64,000 nucleotides of DNA from Phormidesmis sp. (GCA_965248535.1 CBDFJR010000005.1:640001-704000), one strand, 5' to 3'. Counted from the stretch's first letter, positions 41,821 through 52,730 are shown. Numbers and translations: made by a program. The notes: generated by a model from the letters alone, not told the origin.

Positions 41821-44800
41821 ATGACTGCCACGATCCCTAATCTGCCCAGCCAATACAACTCTGCCGCCTCAGAAGCTAAGTGGCAGAAGTTTTGGGAAGA
41901 CAATCACGTCTTTAAAGCCGACCCTAACGCCCCCGGTGAACCCTATTGCGTCGTGATTCCGCCGCCCAACGTCACGGGCAGTTTGCACATGGGGCACGCT
42001 TTTGAGACCGCGTTGATTGACGCACTAGTGCGCTATCACCGGATGTGTGGCTACAACACTCTCTGGCTGCCGGGCACCGATCATGCCAGCATTGCAGTGC
42101 AGACGATCTTAGAAAAGCAGCTAAAGGCAGAAGGAAAAACTCGCCAAGAGTTAGGGCGCGAAAAGTTTCTAGAGCGTGCCTGGCAGTGGAAGGCTGAATC
42201 GGGCGGCACGATCGTCAACCAACTGCGGCGGCTAGGGGTCTCAGTAGACTGGTCACGAGAACGCTTCACGATGGATGAAGGGCTGTCAAAAGCGGTGCTA
42301 GAAGCCTTCATCAAGCTCTATGACGAGAAGCTGATCTATCGCGGCAACTATCTGGTGAACTGGTGCCCGGCTAGTCAATCGGCCGTCTCTGACTTAGAAG
42401 TTGAAAATCAGGAAGTCAACGGGCATTTGTGGCATTTTCGCTATCCACTCGTGCAGAGTGATGGCTATGTCGAAGTCGCCACGACTCGACCTGAGACCAT
42501 GCTGGGCGATACGGCGATCGCGGTCAATCCGAATGACGATCGCTACAAGCATCTGATCGGTCAAATGGTTTTACTGCCTTTGATCGAACGAGAGATTCCG
42601 ATTATCGGCGATGAGTTTGTCGATCCCACCTTTGGGACGGGCTGCGTTAAAGTGACTCCGGCTCACGACCCCAACGATTTTGAGATGGGCAAGCGCAATA
42701 ATCTAAAATTTATCAACATTCTCAATAAAGACGGCACTATCAACGAGAATGGCGGAGAATTTCAGGGGCAAGACCGCTTTGTGGCGCGTAAAAATGTGGT
42801 CAAGCGGCTCGAAGCCGAAGGGCTGTTGGTCAAAATTGAAGATTATAAGCACACGGTGCCCTACAGCGATCGGGGCAAGGTTCCCGTTGAGCCGCTGCTC
42901 TCGACCCAATGGTTCGTCAAGATCAAACCCTTATCCGACCCCGCGCTGGCCGATCTCGATCAAGCCCACTCACCCAATTTTGTGCCCGATCGCTGGGGCA
43001 AAGTCTATCGAGACTGGTTGGTGAATCTCAAAGACTGGTGCATCTCGCGTCAACTCTGGTGGGGGCATCAAATTCCTGCTTGGTATGCCGTGAGCGAAAC
43101 TGGGGGCGTGATCACCGATACGACTCCGTTTATGGTGGCCCGCAGCGAAGCCGAGGCTAGAGAGAAAGCGATCGCGCTATTTGGCGACACCGTTCAGCTA
43201 GAACAAGATCCTGACGTGCTGGATACGTGGTTTTCGTCAGGTTTGTGGCCGTTCTCAACTTTGGGCTGGCCCGATGAAACCCCTGATTTCAAGCGCTACT
43301 ATCCCACGGCAACGCTGGTGACGGGCTTTGACATCATTTTCTTTTGGGTTGCCCGCATGACCATGATGGCAAAACACTTCACCGGAGAAATGCCCTTCAA
43401 AACCGTCTACATTCACGGGCTGGTGCGAGACGAAAACAACAAGAAGATGTCGAAGTCTTCTAACAACGGCATCGATCCCCTGATTTTGATCGACAAATAT
43501 GGCACCGATGCGTTGCGCTACACCCTCGTGCGGGAGGTGACGGGAGCCGGGCAAGACATTCGATTGGAATATAACCGCAAAACCGATGAATCTGCGTCGG
43601 TCGAAGCCTCTCGCAACTTCACCAACAAATTGTGGAATGCCTCTCGATTTGTGTTGATGAATCTGGATGGCAAAACGCCTCAGCAGTTGGGATTCCCCGA
43701 TCGCAATCAGTTGGAATTGAGCGATCGCTGGATTCTGTCGCGATTTCATCAAGTCACGCAGCAAGTTCGAGATCAGGTTGATCACTACGGCTTGGGCGAA
43801 TCGGCTAAGTTGCTCTACGAATTCATCTGGGGCGATTTTTGCGATTGGTATATCGAACTGGTCAAACCTCGATTGCAGAGCCAAGATATCGCTTCTCGTC
43901 AGGTGGCTCAACAAACGCTGGCCTATGTTTTAGAAGAGACGCTGAAGCTGCTGCACCCGTTTATGCCCCACATCACCGAAGAGATTTGGCAGACCGTCAC
44001 CCAAAATGACGCAGCTTCGGGCAAAACCCTAGCGCTGCAAACCTACCCGGTGCCCGACTCGACGCTGATTAACCCCGACCTAGAGCAGCAGTTTGATCTT
44101 CTGATCGGCACGATTCGCACGATTCGGAATCTGCGGGCCGAGGCAGACATCAAGCCCGGAGCTAAAATTGAGGCCATCTTGCAAACCGAGAGCGAGCAAG
44201 AAGAACACATTCTCAAGTCAGGTCAGCCTTACATTCAAGACCTGGCAAAGGTGAAAACGCTGAAGATCAATCAGCCCCAGACTCAGCCCACGGATAGTAA
44301 CGACAGTGCCGCTAATCTTTTGAACGGGGATTTTCTAAGCTCAATCGTTCCCTTCCTCAAGAAACATCAGCGCGTCTTGCTCACGATCGGCTTCATCCTG
44401 TTAACGCTGATTGTTCTCAAAGCCTGTGCGGGCGTTTTAGCAGCCGTCCACGAAGTTCCTTTATTGCCAACATTTTTAGAACTCGTTGGCATCGGCTACA
44501 CAATCCGGTTTACCCAACAAAAACTCTGGCAGAGCGGCGATCGTCAGCAGCTACTCAGCCAAATTGAGCAGTTTAAACAAGAGGTCGTAGGGGTTCCTTC
44601 TGAAGAGCTAGAGCCAGTTCTCGATCTGATGCCTAGCGCGATCGCAGACTCAGCCCACATGATTGTCGGGGTGGTTGGCACGGTGCGCGTTGCCATTCCC
44701 CTGGCAGGATTAATCGATTTAGTGGCGCTCAGAGCAAAAACCGAGAAAGATCTGAAAAAAGTAGAAGCTGAAATTCAGGTGCTTTCAGGACGATTGGGCA

Positions 44801-44922
44801 CCCCTAAATTTGTCGATAAGGCCCCGGCCGATGTGGTGCAAGCGGCACGAGATGCTTTGGCAGAAGCTCAAACGCAAGCCGAAATTTTGCAAACTCGGCT
44901 CGATCGCTTAGATCTACATTAG
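41821..44922 (+). CDS. valS: valine-tRNA ligase with inserted CAAD membrane-anchoring domain
   Basis: [35 protein letters not shown]; hydrophobic insert ~44330-44592. Confidence 0.98.
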   Translation: MTATIPNLPSQYNSAASEAKWQKFWEDNHVFKADPNAPGEPYCVVIPPPNVTGSLHMGHAFETALIDALVRYHRMCGYNTLWLPGTDHASIAVQTILEKQLKAEGKTRQELGREKFLERAWQWKAESGGTIVNQLRRLGVSVDWSRERFTMDEGLSKAVLEAFIKLYDEKLIYRGNYLVNWCPASQSAVSDLEVENQEVNGHLWHFRYPLVQSDGYVEVATTRPETMLGDTAIAVNPNDDRYKHLIGQMVLLPLIEREIPIIGDEFVDPTFGTGCVKVTPAHDPNDFEMGKRNNLKFINILNKDGTINENGGEFQGQDRFVARKNVVKRLEAEGLLVKIEDYKHTVPYSDRGKVPVEPLLSTQWFVKIKPLSDPALADLDQAHSPNFVPDRWGKVYRDWLVNLKDWCISRQLWWGHQIPAWYAVSETGGVITDTTPFMVARSEAEAREKAIALFGDTVQLEQDPDVLDTWFSSGLWPFSTLGWPDETPDFKRYYPTATLVTGFDIIFFWVARMTMMAKHFTGEMPFKTVYIHGLVRDENNKKMSKSSNNGIDPLILIDKYGTDALRYTLVREVTGAGQDIRLEYNRKTDESASVEASRNFTNKLWNASRFVLMNLDGKTPQQLGFPDRNQLELSDRWILSRFHQVTQQVRDQVDHYGLGESAKLLYEFIWGDFCDWYIELVKPRLQSQDIASRQVAQQTLAYVLEETLKLLHPFMPHITEEIWQTVTQNDAASGKTLALQTYPVPDSTLINPDLEQQFDLLIGTIRTIRNLRAEADIKPGAKIEAILQTESEQEEHILKSGQPYIQDLAKVKTLKINQPQTQPTDSNDSAANLLNGDFLSSIVPFLKKHQRVLLTIGFILLTLIVLKACAGVLAAVHEVPLLPTFLELVGIGYTIRFTQQKLWQSGDRQQLLSQIEQFKQEVVGVPSEELEPVLDLMPSAIADSAHMIVGVVGTVRVAIPLAGLIDLVALRAKTEKDLKKVEAEIQVLSGRLGTPKFVDKAPADVVQAARDALAEAQTQAEILQTRLDRLDLH

Positions 44923-45189
44923 GCATGAGGGTGACCATTGGAGTATTGTATCCGTGCCTACCCTGATCTTTAGGCAACTTTAGAGAAATTCCTGCTGAAA
45001 ACACCGTGCTTCTACGGGAGAACAAACGCAGATCGGCAACGCTATGTTATTAGTGACAATACCCAGTTTTCTGGGCAGTTTCAAGATTAAACAATCAATC
45101 TTGCTGAATCAATAGGTTGCTATCTGGTTGCTAGTCTAAGAGAATTGATCCATCGTGGTTTTTAACAGAGACAAGTAGAGAAAACGGCA

Positions 45190-45729
45190 ATGTTGCACTT
45201 GGCTCAAGTTCATCAAAAAAACTATTCAAAGGCAGGGTTGCGGCTGCTAGCCACCCAAAAAGCCGAAAACGTCTGGACTGTCGCCCTTGAGGAAGCATTT
45301 GTTCTCTCTGCTAGGGCCAATGATTATGGTGAGAATGCGCTGGTGTTAGTTGAGTTGTCAAGCACTCAGCAGATTCTCAGCATTCAAGATGCCAAAGATT
45401 GGGTTTTAGACCTCATCAGCACTTATCTGGTCAATGGCATCACGCCTACTTATCTTCAGCAAGAAACGGAGCGTGCAGAGCAGTGGCGACAATCACTGAC
45501 CCTGCAAAGCCAAGAACTCGATCGCCGCACCCTAGAGCTAGAGGCCCGTCGAGAGCAGATTCAAGCCCTCGAAGAAGACCTAAAGCGTGAAAAAAAGCAG
45601 TTTGAGCTACACGCCTTTGAGTTTGAGTCGAGAAACCAGGATCTCGATCGCCGCGCTCTTGAGCTAGAAACTCGCTCTCAGCAACTCCAGTCTCGCGAAG
45701 ACGACTTAGAGCGTCAAAGATCTCTGTAG
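45190..45729 (+). CDS. conserved cyanobacterial coiled-coil hypothetical protein
   Basis: MLHLAQV N-terminus, EQWRQSLTLQSQEL, 42-aa internal duplication. Confidence 0.75.
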   Translation: MLHLAQVHQKNYSKAGLRLLATQKAENVWTVALEEAFVLSARANDYGENALVLVELSSTQQILSIQDAKDWVLDLISTYLVNGITPTYLQQETERAEQWRQSLTLQSQELDRRTLELEARREQIQALEEDLKREKKQFELHAFEFESRNQDLDRRALELETRSQQLQSREDDLERQRSL

Positions 45730-45733
45730 ATAG

Positions 45734-45886
45734 TTGACTTGCTTTGTCCTGACTTACTGTGCAACCAAGTTCTATTTGCCTGTTTTCATTGTTTGGGTGG
45801 ATGAACGGATAGGAGAAATCTTTTTCTTGGCTGGAGAAGAGTTAGAGATCAGCATTTTTCAAGATGGAACTTGGAGGTATTTATGA
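45734..45886 (+). pseudogene. DUF6888-like small gene, apparently 5'-truncated
   Basis: Hand translation LTCFVLTYCATKFYLPVFIVWVDERIGEIFFLAGEELEISIFQDGTWRYL*; in-frame TAG immediately upstream; ATGA overlap with the next gene. Confidence 0.55.
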
Positions 45887-46104
45887 GTCAGCCTAATTTT
45901 GAGGCAATGACCCGAAAAGAGTTGAAGGCTCATATACTTTCCCGTCGCAGTGATAGTGAAGCATTTTACGCTTACCTGAATAAAGTGGATGCTGAACCCC
46001 CTACAGAAATCTTTCCTGCACCGAAATTACTAGATGATTTTCAAAACTTTCCACTTAATATTGGAGAGATTCCGTCAAGATCCAGCGAGAAAATTTCAAA
46101 CTGA
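45883..46104 (+). CDS. DUF6887-like small protein
   Basis: MSQPNFEAMTRKELKAHIL..R.D.EAFYAY; GGAGG RBS. Confidence 0.7.
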   Translation: MSQPNFEAMTRKELKAHILSRRSDSEAFYAYLNKVDAEPPTEIFPAPKLLDDFQNFPLNIGEIPSRSSEKISN

Positions 46105-46123
46105 GGAGTGAAGTCAGAACTCT

Positions 46124-46789
46124 GTGGAACCGATTAGAAATCGAACGAATCTACTGGCCAAGGAATTTATCGAGAAAGGTGATCCCTTTGGCTGGTTTGA
46201 GCAGCTATATCAGACTGCCAATGGAGACGAAGAAGCGGTTCCGTGGGCAGACATGACGGTGAATCCTAATCTGGCAGAATGGCTAGAGCTAGAGCAGATC
46301 ACGGGCACAGGTAAACGAGCGATCGTCGTCGGCTGCGGTCTAGGAGACGATGCAGAAGCTCTCTCACAGCTAGAGTTTGAGGTGACTGCGTTTGATATTT
46401 CTCCTACAGCGATCGCGTGGTGTCAACAGCGCTTTCCTGACTCAGCCGTGACTTATCAAGTCGCCGATTTGTTGAACGTTCCGATTACTTGGCAGGGTGA
46501 ATTTGATTTTGTGCTGGAGTCTTACACGCTGCAAGCGATGCCCAAAGAGGTGCGCGATCGGGCTATTCCTGCCGTTGCGGCATTGGTTAAAATCGCTGGC
46601 TCACTGCTGGTCATCTGTCGCGGTCGCAACGCTGACGAGTCGGCAGAGACTGTCCCCTTTCCCTTGACCCGCGAGGAGCTAGAAGCGTTTCAGACTCAGG
46701 GTTTGCAAACGGTGACCTTTGAAGATTATAACGAAAAAGGCACCTCGGCGCGGCGGTTTAGAGCGCACTATCGGCGATCGTCCTTTTAA
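46124..46789 (+). CDS. class I SAM-dependent methyltransferase (TPMT-like)
   Basis: VPWA, VVGCGLGDDA, AFDISPTAI, FDFVLE. Confidence 0.9.
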   Translation: MEPIRNRTNLLAKEFIEKGDPFGWFEQLYQTANGDEEAVPWADMTVNPNLAEWLELEQITGTGKRAIVVGCGLGDDAEALSQLEFEVTAFDISPTAIAWCQQRFPDSAVTYQVADLLNVPITWQGEFDFVLESYTLQAMPKEVRDRAIPAVAALVKIAGSLLVICRGRNADESAETVPFPLTREELEAFQTQGLQTVTFEDYNEKGTSARRFRAHYRRSSF

Positions 46790-46818
46790 TCATCACGATT
46801 AATAACAGGTTTAATAAT

Positions 46819-47667
46819 TCAATAAGAAGTCACTAATACTTCTGTAATTTTTCCTCGCTTTTCAGTGTTGCAGTTGATGTTGCGATTTGCGTTAATTGTG
46901 TGGATCTTGAACTCTGCAAAAAGCTCTCGAATAAACGGGCAATCAGAGTTAGACAACATGACCTTGACCCCACGATCGCTCAGTTCAGCAAACACCGCTT
47001 TGAGGCGAATCTGATCGGCTTCACTAAACGAGTAGCGGCTATAGCTCGTAAACTTGCTCGTCGAACTAAGCGGGTAATAGGGCGGATCGAAATAGACAAA
47101 ATCTTCAGAACTTTTAGCGTGGTCTAACACAGCGTCAAAAGAACTGCGTTCAATCTGGGCAGATTGCAGCGCCAAAGACGCGGCTCGCAGCACCTCATAA
47201 TCGCAGATAGTCGGCTTTTGATAGCTGCCGATCGGCACATTAAACTGCCCTTTAGAATTCTCGCGATAAAGACCGTTAAAGCAAGTTTTGTTGAGATAAA
47301 TCAGCCGTGCCGCCCGTTCTAAGTTGTTGCCCTTGAGGAACCAATCATCAGAGTGCGTCGGCAGCGATCGCACCTCATAAAAATGCTCTTGACCGTGCAG
47401 GGCTTGATGGGCTTCGAGCAGCGTGATCAAGTCTTCGACCCGTTCTCTGACGCATCGATAGACATTGACCAACTCAATGTTGATGTCAGCCAAGAAAGAT
47501 TGCGGAGGCTGTAGGCGAAAGAAAATCGCACCACCGCCTAAAAACGGCTCGTAATAGCGACGATAACGCTCTGGAAAATGAGGTAGATATTGTTGAATCA
47601 GTTGATTTTTTCCACCCACCCACTTGATAAAAGGACGGGGAGATGTGGCCCGAATTTGTGTGATCAT
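46819..47667 (-). CDS. dam: Dam-family DNA adenine methyltransferase (orphan, probably GATC)
   Basis: FIKWVGGK, EPFLGGGA, NKTCFNGLYR.N, YFDPPY. Confidence 0.92.
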   Translation of the reverse strand: MITQIRATSPRPFIKWVGGKNQLIQQYLPHFPERYRRYYEPFLGGGAIFFRLQPPQSFLADINIELVNVYRCVRERVEDLITLLEAHQALHGQEHFYEVRSLPTHSDDWFLKGNNLERAARLIYLNKTCFNGLYRENSKGQFNVPIGSYQKPTICDYEVLRAASLALQSAQIERSSFDAVLDHAKSSEDFVYFDPPYYPLSSTSKFTSYSRYSFSEADQIRLKAVFAELSDRGVKVMLSNSDCPFIRELFAEFKIHTINANRNINCNTEKRGKITEVLVTSY

Positions 47668-47703
47668 TCAATTATCATAAAAGGGAATTCGGAAATTGAA
47701 GCT

Positions 47704-47901
47704 ATGCAAGACCTTTGGACGACTGTTTCTAAATATCCTCGGTTTTTAATCGGCGTAATTTTGGGCGTGATCTTGAATGTGTTTGCCCCGATCGTGCCCC
47801 TGTTTAAGAAACCTGTGACGGCGATCGCTTTAGTCGGTCTCCTAGTCGCTGCCGTTGCTTGTCTCAGCTTTACGCTCAAAGCGATGTTGGGGTTCAGCTA
47901 G
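47704..47901 (+). CDS. DUF751 family membrane protein
   Basis: VSKYPRFLI...PLFKKP...FTLKAMLG; upstream of rbfA. Confidence 0.85.
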   Translation: MQDLWTTVSKYPRFLIGVILGVILNVFAPIVPLFKKPVTAIALVGLLVAAVACLSFTLKAMLGFS

Positions 47902-48006
47902 CACTAGGCAAACTAGCGATGGTTTCATCCATCTTCTGCGCGATGCCTTTTGAAGCCACGATGCTAGTATTAGAGTCTTGATTGCACAGAAAGGACGAGA
48001 GACAAA

Positions 48007-48423
48007 ATGGCTACAGACCGCCGCATGGCGCGTGTTTCAGAGCAAATTAAACGCGAAGTTAGCCAGATGCTAGTCAATGGCATCAAAGACGATCGCATTG
48101 GCACGGGCATTGTCAGCGTGACGGATGTGGATGTCTCTGGCGACTTGCAGCACGCCAAAATTTTTGTCAGCATCTATGGGTCAGCCGAGGCCAAAGCCGC
48201 CACCATGGAAGGACTGAAGTCGGCGACTAGCTTTGTGCGCGGCGAGCTGGGTCGTCGAGTTCGGTTGCGCCGCACCCCTGAAATCATTTTTGTCGAAGAC
48301 CAGGGTTTAGAACGTGGTGACAATGTGCTGAATTTGATCAGTCGGCTGAGTCGAGAACGCAAGCCCGACGATCTGGCTGAAGACTCGATTTCAACTGAGG
48401 ATTCTGTTTCGGCTGACGACTAG
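48007..48423 (+). CDS. rbfA: 30S ribosome-binding factor A
   Basis: [32 protein letters not shown]. Confidence 0.97.
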   Translation: MATDRRMARVSEQIKREVSQMLVNGIKDDRIGTGIVSVTDVDVSGDLQHAKIFVSIYGSAEAKAATMEGLKSATSFVRGELGRRVRLRRTPEIIFVEDQGLERGDNVLNLISRLSRERKPDDLAEDSISTEDSVSADD

Positions 48424-48499
48424 TTGAGTGAACTGCGATCGGGTTGTCATAACCCCCAATAAGACAGACGATAGTGAATGACGATCGCTCATCTGTCTT

Positions 48500-50104
48500 A
48501 TGCTGTCTTCTCTTCCCAATCTCGACTCGCTGACTTTAATAGAGCAAGTCGCTCAAATGGTCGTCGTTCGCACGTCTGGCTATTTGTTTGACCATCAAAT
48601 TCAATATCCGCTCTGGGAAGCCAATTCAGCCACATTGCGCCATCTGCTCGAAGATTTAGGCGTTGGAGGCATAATTCTGCTGGGCGGCAGTGCGGGCGAG
48701 ATCACCCTGCGGACTCAGCAGCTTCAAGCCTGGGCAAAACTGCCGCTGCTGATCTCTGCTGATATTGAAGAAGGAGTCGGGCAGCGATTTTCGGGGGCAA
48801 CTTGGTTTCCGCCGCCGATGGCACTGAGCGCGATCGCGCACTTCAATCTCCCTCTCGCCTGTGACTACGCCGAGCAAATGGGAGCGGTGACGGCTCAAGA
48901 GGCAGTAGCGATCGGGCTAAATTGGGTGCTGGCTCCGATCGTCGATGTCAACAATAATTCCGACAATCCCGTGATCAACGTGCGGGCGTTTGGGGAGACG
49001 ACAGAAATTGTCAGCCAGTTGACTACTGCTTTTATTCGAGGTACGCAGTCCCAGACCGTTTTAACGACAGCCAAGCATTTTCCGGGTCACGGCGATACCG
49101 CAGTAGATTCGCATTTAGACTTGCCTGTTTTGCTGCACGATCGGGCCCGACTCCAGCAGGTCGAGCTTCCCCCTTTTGAGGCGGCGATCCAAGCCGGAGT
49201 GGATGCGGTGATGAGTGCTCACCTTCAGATTCCGGCTTTGGACGATCGCTATCCGGCAACCCTGTCGTTCAAAATTCTGACTCAAGAATTGCGGCAACGA
49301 TTGGGGTTTGCAGGCTTGATTGTTACCGATGCGCTGATCATGGGCGCGATCGCCGATCGCTATGGCAACGACGAGTCAGCCGTTTTAGCTGTCGAAGCCG
49401 GAGCCGATATTTTGTTAATGCCCCTTGACCCAGAGACGGCCATTCAGGCGGTTTGCGCCGCAGTCAAGGCCGGACGGATTGCCCCCGAACGAATTCGGGC
49501 TTCGGTGGAGCGGATTTGGGCGGCCAAACGCAAAGTCTGTTTGCCTTTAGCGACCGACCCGTTGTCTCGCCTGGCCCAGCCGGAAGCGATCGCCACCAGT
49601 CGCAAAATTTTGCACGACTCAATGCGGGTTTATCACCCCACCCCGTCACGGTTAGACGATTTACCTGAGAACAATGGACGAAACTTGATCGTGATTGACG
49701 ACAGCATCGACTGCGACTTTTTAGGCCGAACTGCCCCAGCGATCGTGGTTCCGAGTCAGTTTGGGTTTACGCAAGCTCAGGTGATTGACCGATATACGCC
49801 GCCGATGTTGCCCGATTCTAATTCAACCCAATTATGTCCAACTCTGCTGCAATTGTTTATTCGAGGCAACCCTTTTCGAGGCAGTGCCGGGCTGACAGAA
49901 ACGGCTCAGAATTGGTTTGAGCAATTGCTAAACTCTCAGCAATTGCAGGCACTGATCATCTACGGCAGTCCCTATGTTTTAGAGCAATTTTTGCCTCGGT
50001 TGCCATCAACCGTGCCCTATGTTTTTAGCTATGGACAGATGCAGCTTGCCCAAGCGATCGCCCTAAATGCCCTGTTTTCTCAAAGTAATGCTCAAGAAAA
50101 ATAG
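48500..50104 (+). CDS. nagZ: GH3 beta-N-acetylglucosaminidase
   Basis: ADIEEG, NVRAFG, NagZ signature KHFPGHGDTAVDSH, VTDALIM. Confidence 0.85.
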   Translation: MLSSLPNLDSLTLIEQVAQMVVVRTSGYLFDHQIQYPLWEANSATLRHLLEDLGVGGIILLGGSAGEITLRTQQLQAWAKLPLLISADIEEGVGQRFSGATWFPPPMALSAIAHFNLPLACDYAEQMGAVTAQEAVAIGLNWVLAPIVDVNNNSDNPVINVRAFGETTEIVSQLTTAFIRGTQSQTVLTTAKHFPGHGDTAVDSHLDLPVLLHDRARLQQVELPPFEAAIQAGVDAVMSAHLQIPALDDRYPATLSFKILTQELRQRLGFAGLIVTDALIMGAIADRYGNDESAVLAVEAGADILLMPLDPETAIQAVCAAVKAGRIAPERIRASVERIWAAKRKVCLPLATDPLSRLAQPEAIATSRKILHDSMRVYHPTPSRLDDLPENNGRNLIVIDDSIDCDFLGRTAPAIVVPSQFGFTQAQVIDRYTPPMLPDSNSTQLCPTLLQLFIRGNPFRGSAGLTETAQNWFEQLLNSQQLQALIIYGSPYVLEQFLPRLPSTVPYVFSYGQMQLAQAIALNALFSQSNAQEK

Positions 50105-50165
50105 AGACCCGATCGCTCGCATCTCTACCCCATTAGGCAAGTTTAACTAGTCAAAACTTGAGCGT

Positions 50166-50510
50166 TTAATACTCTAAAAACAGCATGTCAAACGCTGCTG
50201 TGTCAGGAGCCGCTTGTTTGGTGATTTTAGACGAGGCTGGCGGCGCGATCGGCGAAATTGTCGCCGATTCATTTCGCAGTCGCTCGGCGGCTTGACCCAT
50301 CTCAACCACTTGGCTCTCTAAAAAAGCCAGCCGTTTTTGAATGCGCTGACGACGCTGCTCGATCGTGTCTAGCTCATATTGAAGGCGCTTTTTCTCAACC
50401 GAAAGTTTATAAAGACTGAGATAAGCGGCTGCCTCAGTTTTTTGACGAGGCATAGAACTGATTTGGGGACGGGCATCAGATAACGAACAATAAGGACGCA
50501 TAAGGGGCAC
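50166..50510 (-). CDS. gas vesicle protein GvpV-like
   Basis: PQISSMPRQKTEAAAYL.LYKL..EKKRLQ.EL coiled coil, C-terminal FLEY. Confidence 0.65.
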   Translation of the reverse strand: MPLMRPYCSLSDARPQISSMPRQKTEAAAYLSLYKLSVEKKRLQYELDTIEQRRQRIQKRLAFLESQVVEMGQAAERLRNESATISPIAPPASSKITKQAAPDTAAFDMLFLEY

Positions 50511-50874
50511 CTGTGCTTTTAGCTAATTCACAGAATCTACACAAACCCTCTACAGGCTTAAGCTTTGTTTGAGAGATTTTTGTGCAAATCTTAGTCTCAG
50601 AATTCCCACAAATTTTCTATCCAGAACAGCGTAGATTTATTTTATCTTCATAATCAAAAAATCTAATCTAGCTGAATTTAACGGCTGAATCGTCTCTCAG
50701 CTTTGAGATAACCGAACTCTTAAATGTCGCCCCAACGTCAGAAACGTTTGCTTTCTATAGAAAGTTGATTGCAACCCAATGGCTAGTGCTAGATTAGTAC
50801 AAAAGTTCTTATTTGAAATCGTTACTTCATCTAAAAGTCAGCCGTTGGAGCAGTTTTACTATCCATAATTTGCT

Positions 50875-52668
50875 ATGCCATCTCCAATTCCCTTAGACAC
50901 TTTGCTGCACAATCGCTATCGAATTATTAAAGTGCTCAGACCTAGAGACTATGGCTGGGCTTATGTTGCAGAAGACTTGAAGCGATCGGGTCAGCCCTGC
51001 ATTTTAGAAGAATTTATTCCCCTTAACCCTGACGAGATCGAAGCCATCAGAGAACGGTTTCAGCAAAGCGTGTGCCCCTTGTCAGAGTTACGTCATCCTC
51101 AAATTCCGCGCTTTAGAGTCGTGATTATTCACCCTTTGGCAGCCTCCGATCGCCGCTTATTTTGGGTCAGAGACTTCGTAACGGGCTACACCTATCGATC
51201 ATTGCTCAAGCAACGGTTGGCCCAAGGCTATGTGTTTTCAGAAACAGAGGTGCTCAATCTGCTGCTCAAGGTGTTGCCTGTGTTGGGCGACCTGCACGCC
51301 TATGGTCTGATTCATCAAAATCTCAATCTCGATAGCATTGTGCGGCGATCGTCCGATCAGTTGCCTGTCTTAATTCAGTTTGGGCTGGTGCGAGACGTGG
51401 CGCTGATGCTGCTGACTGCCCACCATCCAGGAGTCCATTGGGGCTATGCACCTCTAGAGCAGCGATCGGGCGATCGGGTGGCACGAGATAGCGACTTTTA
51501 TGCTCTGGCGGCGATCGCAGTCGTGTTGCTCACCGGGCGAGAGCCAGAAGACCTTTATGACGAACAAACTCAGCGCTGGTCTTGGCAAGAATGGGCGGCA
51601 GTTAGCCCCCAGTTTGCCCAAGTTTTAGAGCGGATGCTGTCGCCAGAGCCAGGGGATCGATATGCGATCGCGGGCAAGGTGGTTCAGTCTTTAAAAAAGC
51701 TGACGGTGCCACAGACTTCTGACTGGAGGGGGCGATCGTTGAAATCAAAAAAAGCCCAAGCCACTCATCCTGCTGCGGTTGAATCTCCGATTTGGCAAGA
51801 TCTATCGTTTGTGATTCTGGTGTCTGTGTTTTTCGGGCTAACTGGGATCGCAGGCTGGCGACTTCTCTCTGGGTTGCAGCCTGACCCGTCGGGCACCACG
51901 GCCGCCCAAAACGTCTCACCAGATCTTGACCATGAGCAAAAAATCCAGGAAGCCTTGCGCGACGATCGTCAGCGATTGGGAATCTCGTTCAACTGGTTTA
52001 CTAGCCTGGTAGATGAGTTGTTTTATGCCCAGCATCCTGAATGGCACAACCGCAGCCTCAACACTGATCCCAACGCTAACCAGGGTCGGGCTGAATGGAA
52101 CGCCTTAGCTGAAACGGTCTTAAAAAAGCTAGAAACCTTGAGCCAAAACGCCCGCAGCAATCTAGGTCGTTACGATCGCTCTAGCTATAACGCTTGGTTA
52201 GCCGAAGCCAATCAACTCAAGGTGAGCGGTCGATCGCTCTCAACTTTGACCGATGCCCGATTTGTCTCTTTATTTCCTCAGCAGAGCAAACCCCTTAACC
52301 CTCGTAAATCTGGCCAGGTCTGGTATGCGATCGCCCATGACCAGGTGAGCGCTTTTCGTGACAAATCTGCGTTAAAGCGCATCAGCACCCAACCCTTTAA
52401 TGACCAAGACATCCTCAAACTGGGGCAAGGAAGGGTTTATCTCTTGCAGATCAATCAGGGGCAGACGCTGCACATCGCGCTCAAAGCGCCCGATCGGGCA
52501 ACTCGATTATCCCTATTTCCGTTTCACGAGGCACCCCCTCTTTTGCAAGATTCTTCTGAACAAATTTGGTCAGCTAAAGTGAACAAACCCGGCAGTTATG
52601 AACTGGTGATTGCGGCTCAAACGACTGAATCTGTCAGCTACCAACTTTTGGTTAAAACAGGGAGTTGA
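50875..52668 (+). CDS. Hanks-type Ser/Thr kinase-like membrane protein with degenerate catalytic motifs and C-terminal PPC-like domain
   Basis: NRYRIIKVL, LRHPQIPRF, GYAPLEQ, SDFYALA, central TM; K, HRD and DFG replaced. Confidence 0.85.
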   Translation: MPSPIPLDTLLHNRYRIIKVLRPRDYGWAYVAEDLKRSGQPCILEEFIPLNPDEIEAIRERFQQSVCPLSELRHPQIPRFRVVIIHPLAASDRRLFWVRDFVTGYTYRSLLKQRLAQGYVFSETEVLNLLLKVLPVLGDLHAYGLIHQNLNLDSIVRRSSDQLPVLIQFGLVRDVALMLLTAHHPGVHWGYAPLEQRSGDRVARDSDFYALAAIAVVLLTGREPEDLYDEQTQRWSWQEWAAVSPQFAQVLERMLSPEPGDRYAIAGKVVQSLKKLTVPQTSDWRGRSLKSKKAQATHPAAVESPIWQDLSFVILVSVFFGLTGIAGWRLLSGLQPDPSGTTAAQNVSPDLDHEQKIQEALRDDRQRLGISFNWFTSLVDELFYAQHPEWHNRSLNTDPNANQGRAEWNALAETVLKKLETLSQNARSNLGRYDRSSYNAWLAEANQLKVSGRSLSTLTDARFVSLFPQQSKPLNPRKSGQVWYAIAHDQVSAFRDKSALKRISTQPFNDQDILKLGQGRVYLLQINQGQTLHIALKAPDRATRLSLFPFHEAPPLLQDSSEQIWSAKVNKPGSYELVIAAQTTESVSYQLLVKTGS

Positions 52669-52730
52669 TTTTTTGGCATTTTTGAGAGATGGTCACCATA
52701 TCAAGTGGTGAGTTTTAAGAGGAGACGATC

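Noticed and set aside
43255..43914. 219-aa antisense ORF within valS, and other short shadow ORFs in the track
   Set aside because: They overlap well-supported genes on the opposite strand or frame and have no motifs
44948..44961. NtcA-like GTA-N8-TAC upstream of the 45190 gene
   Set aside because: GC-rich spacer and no TAN3T -10 box at the canonical distance
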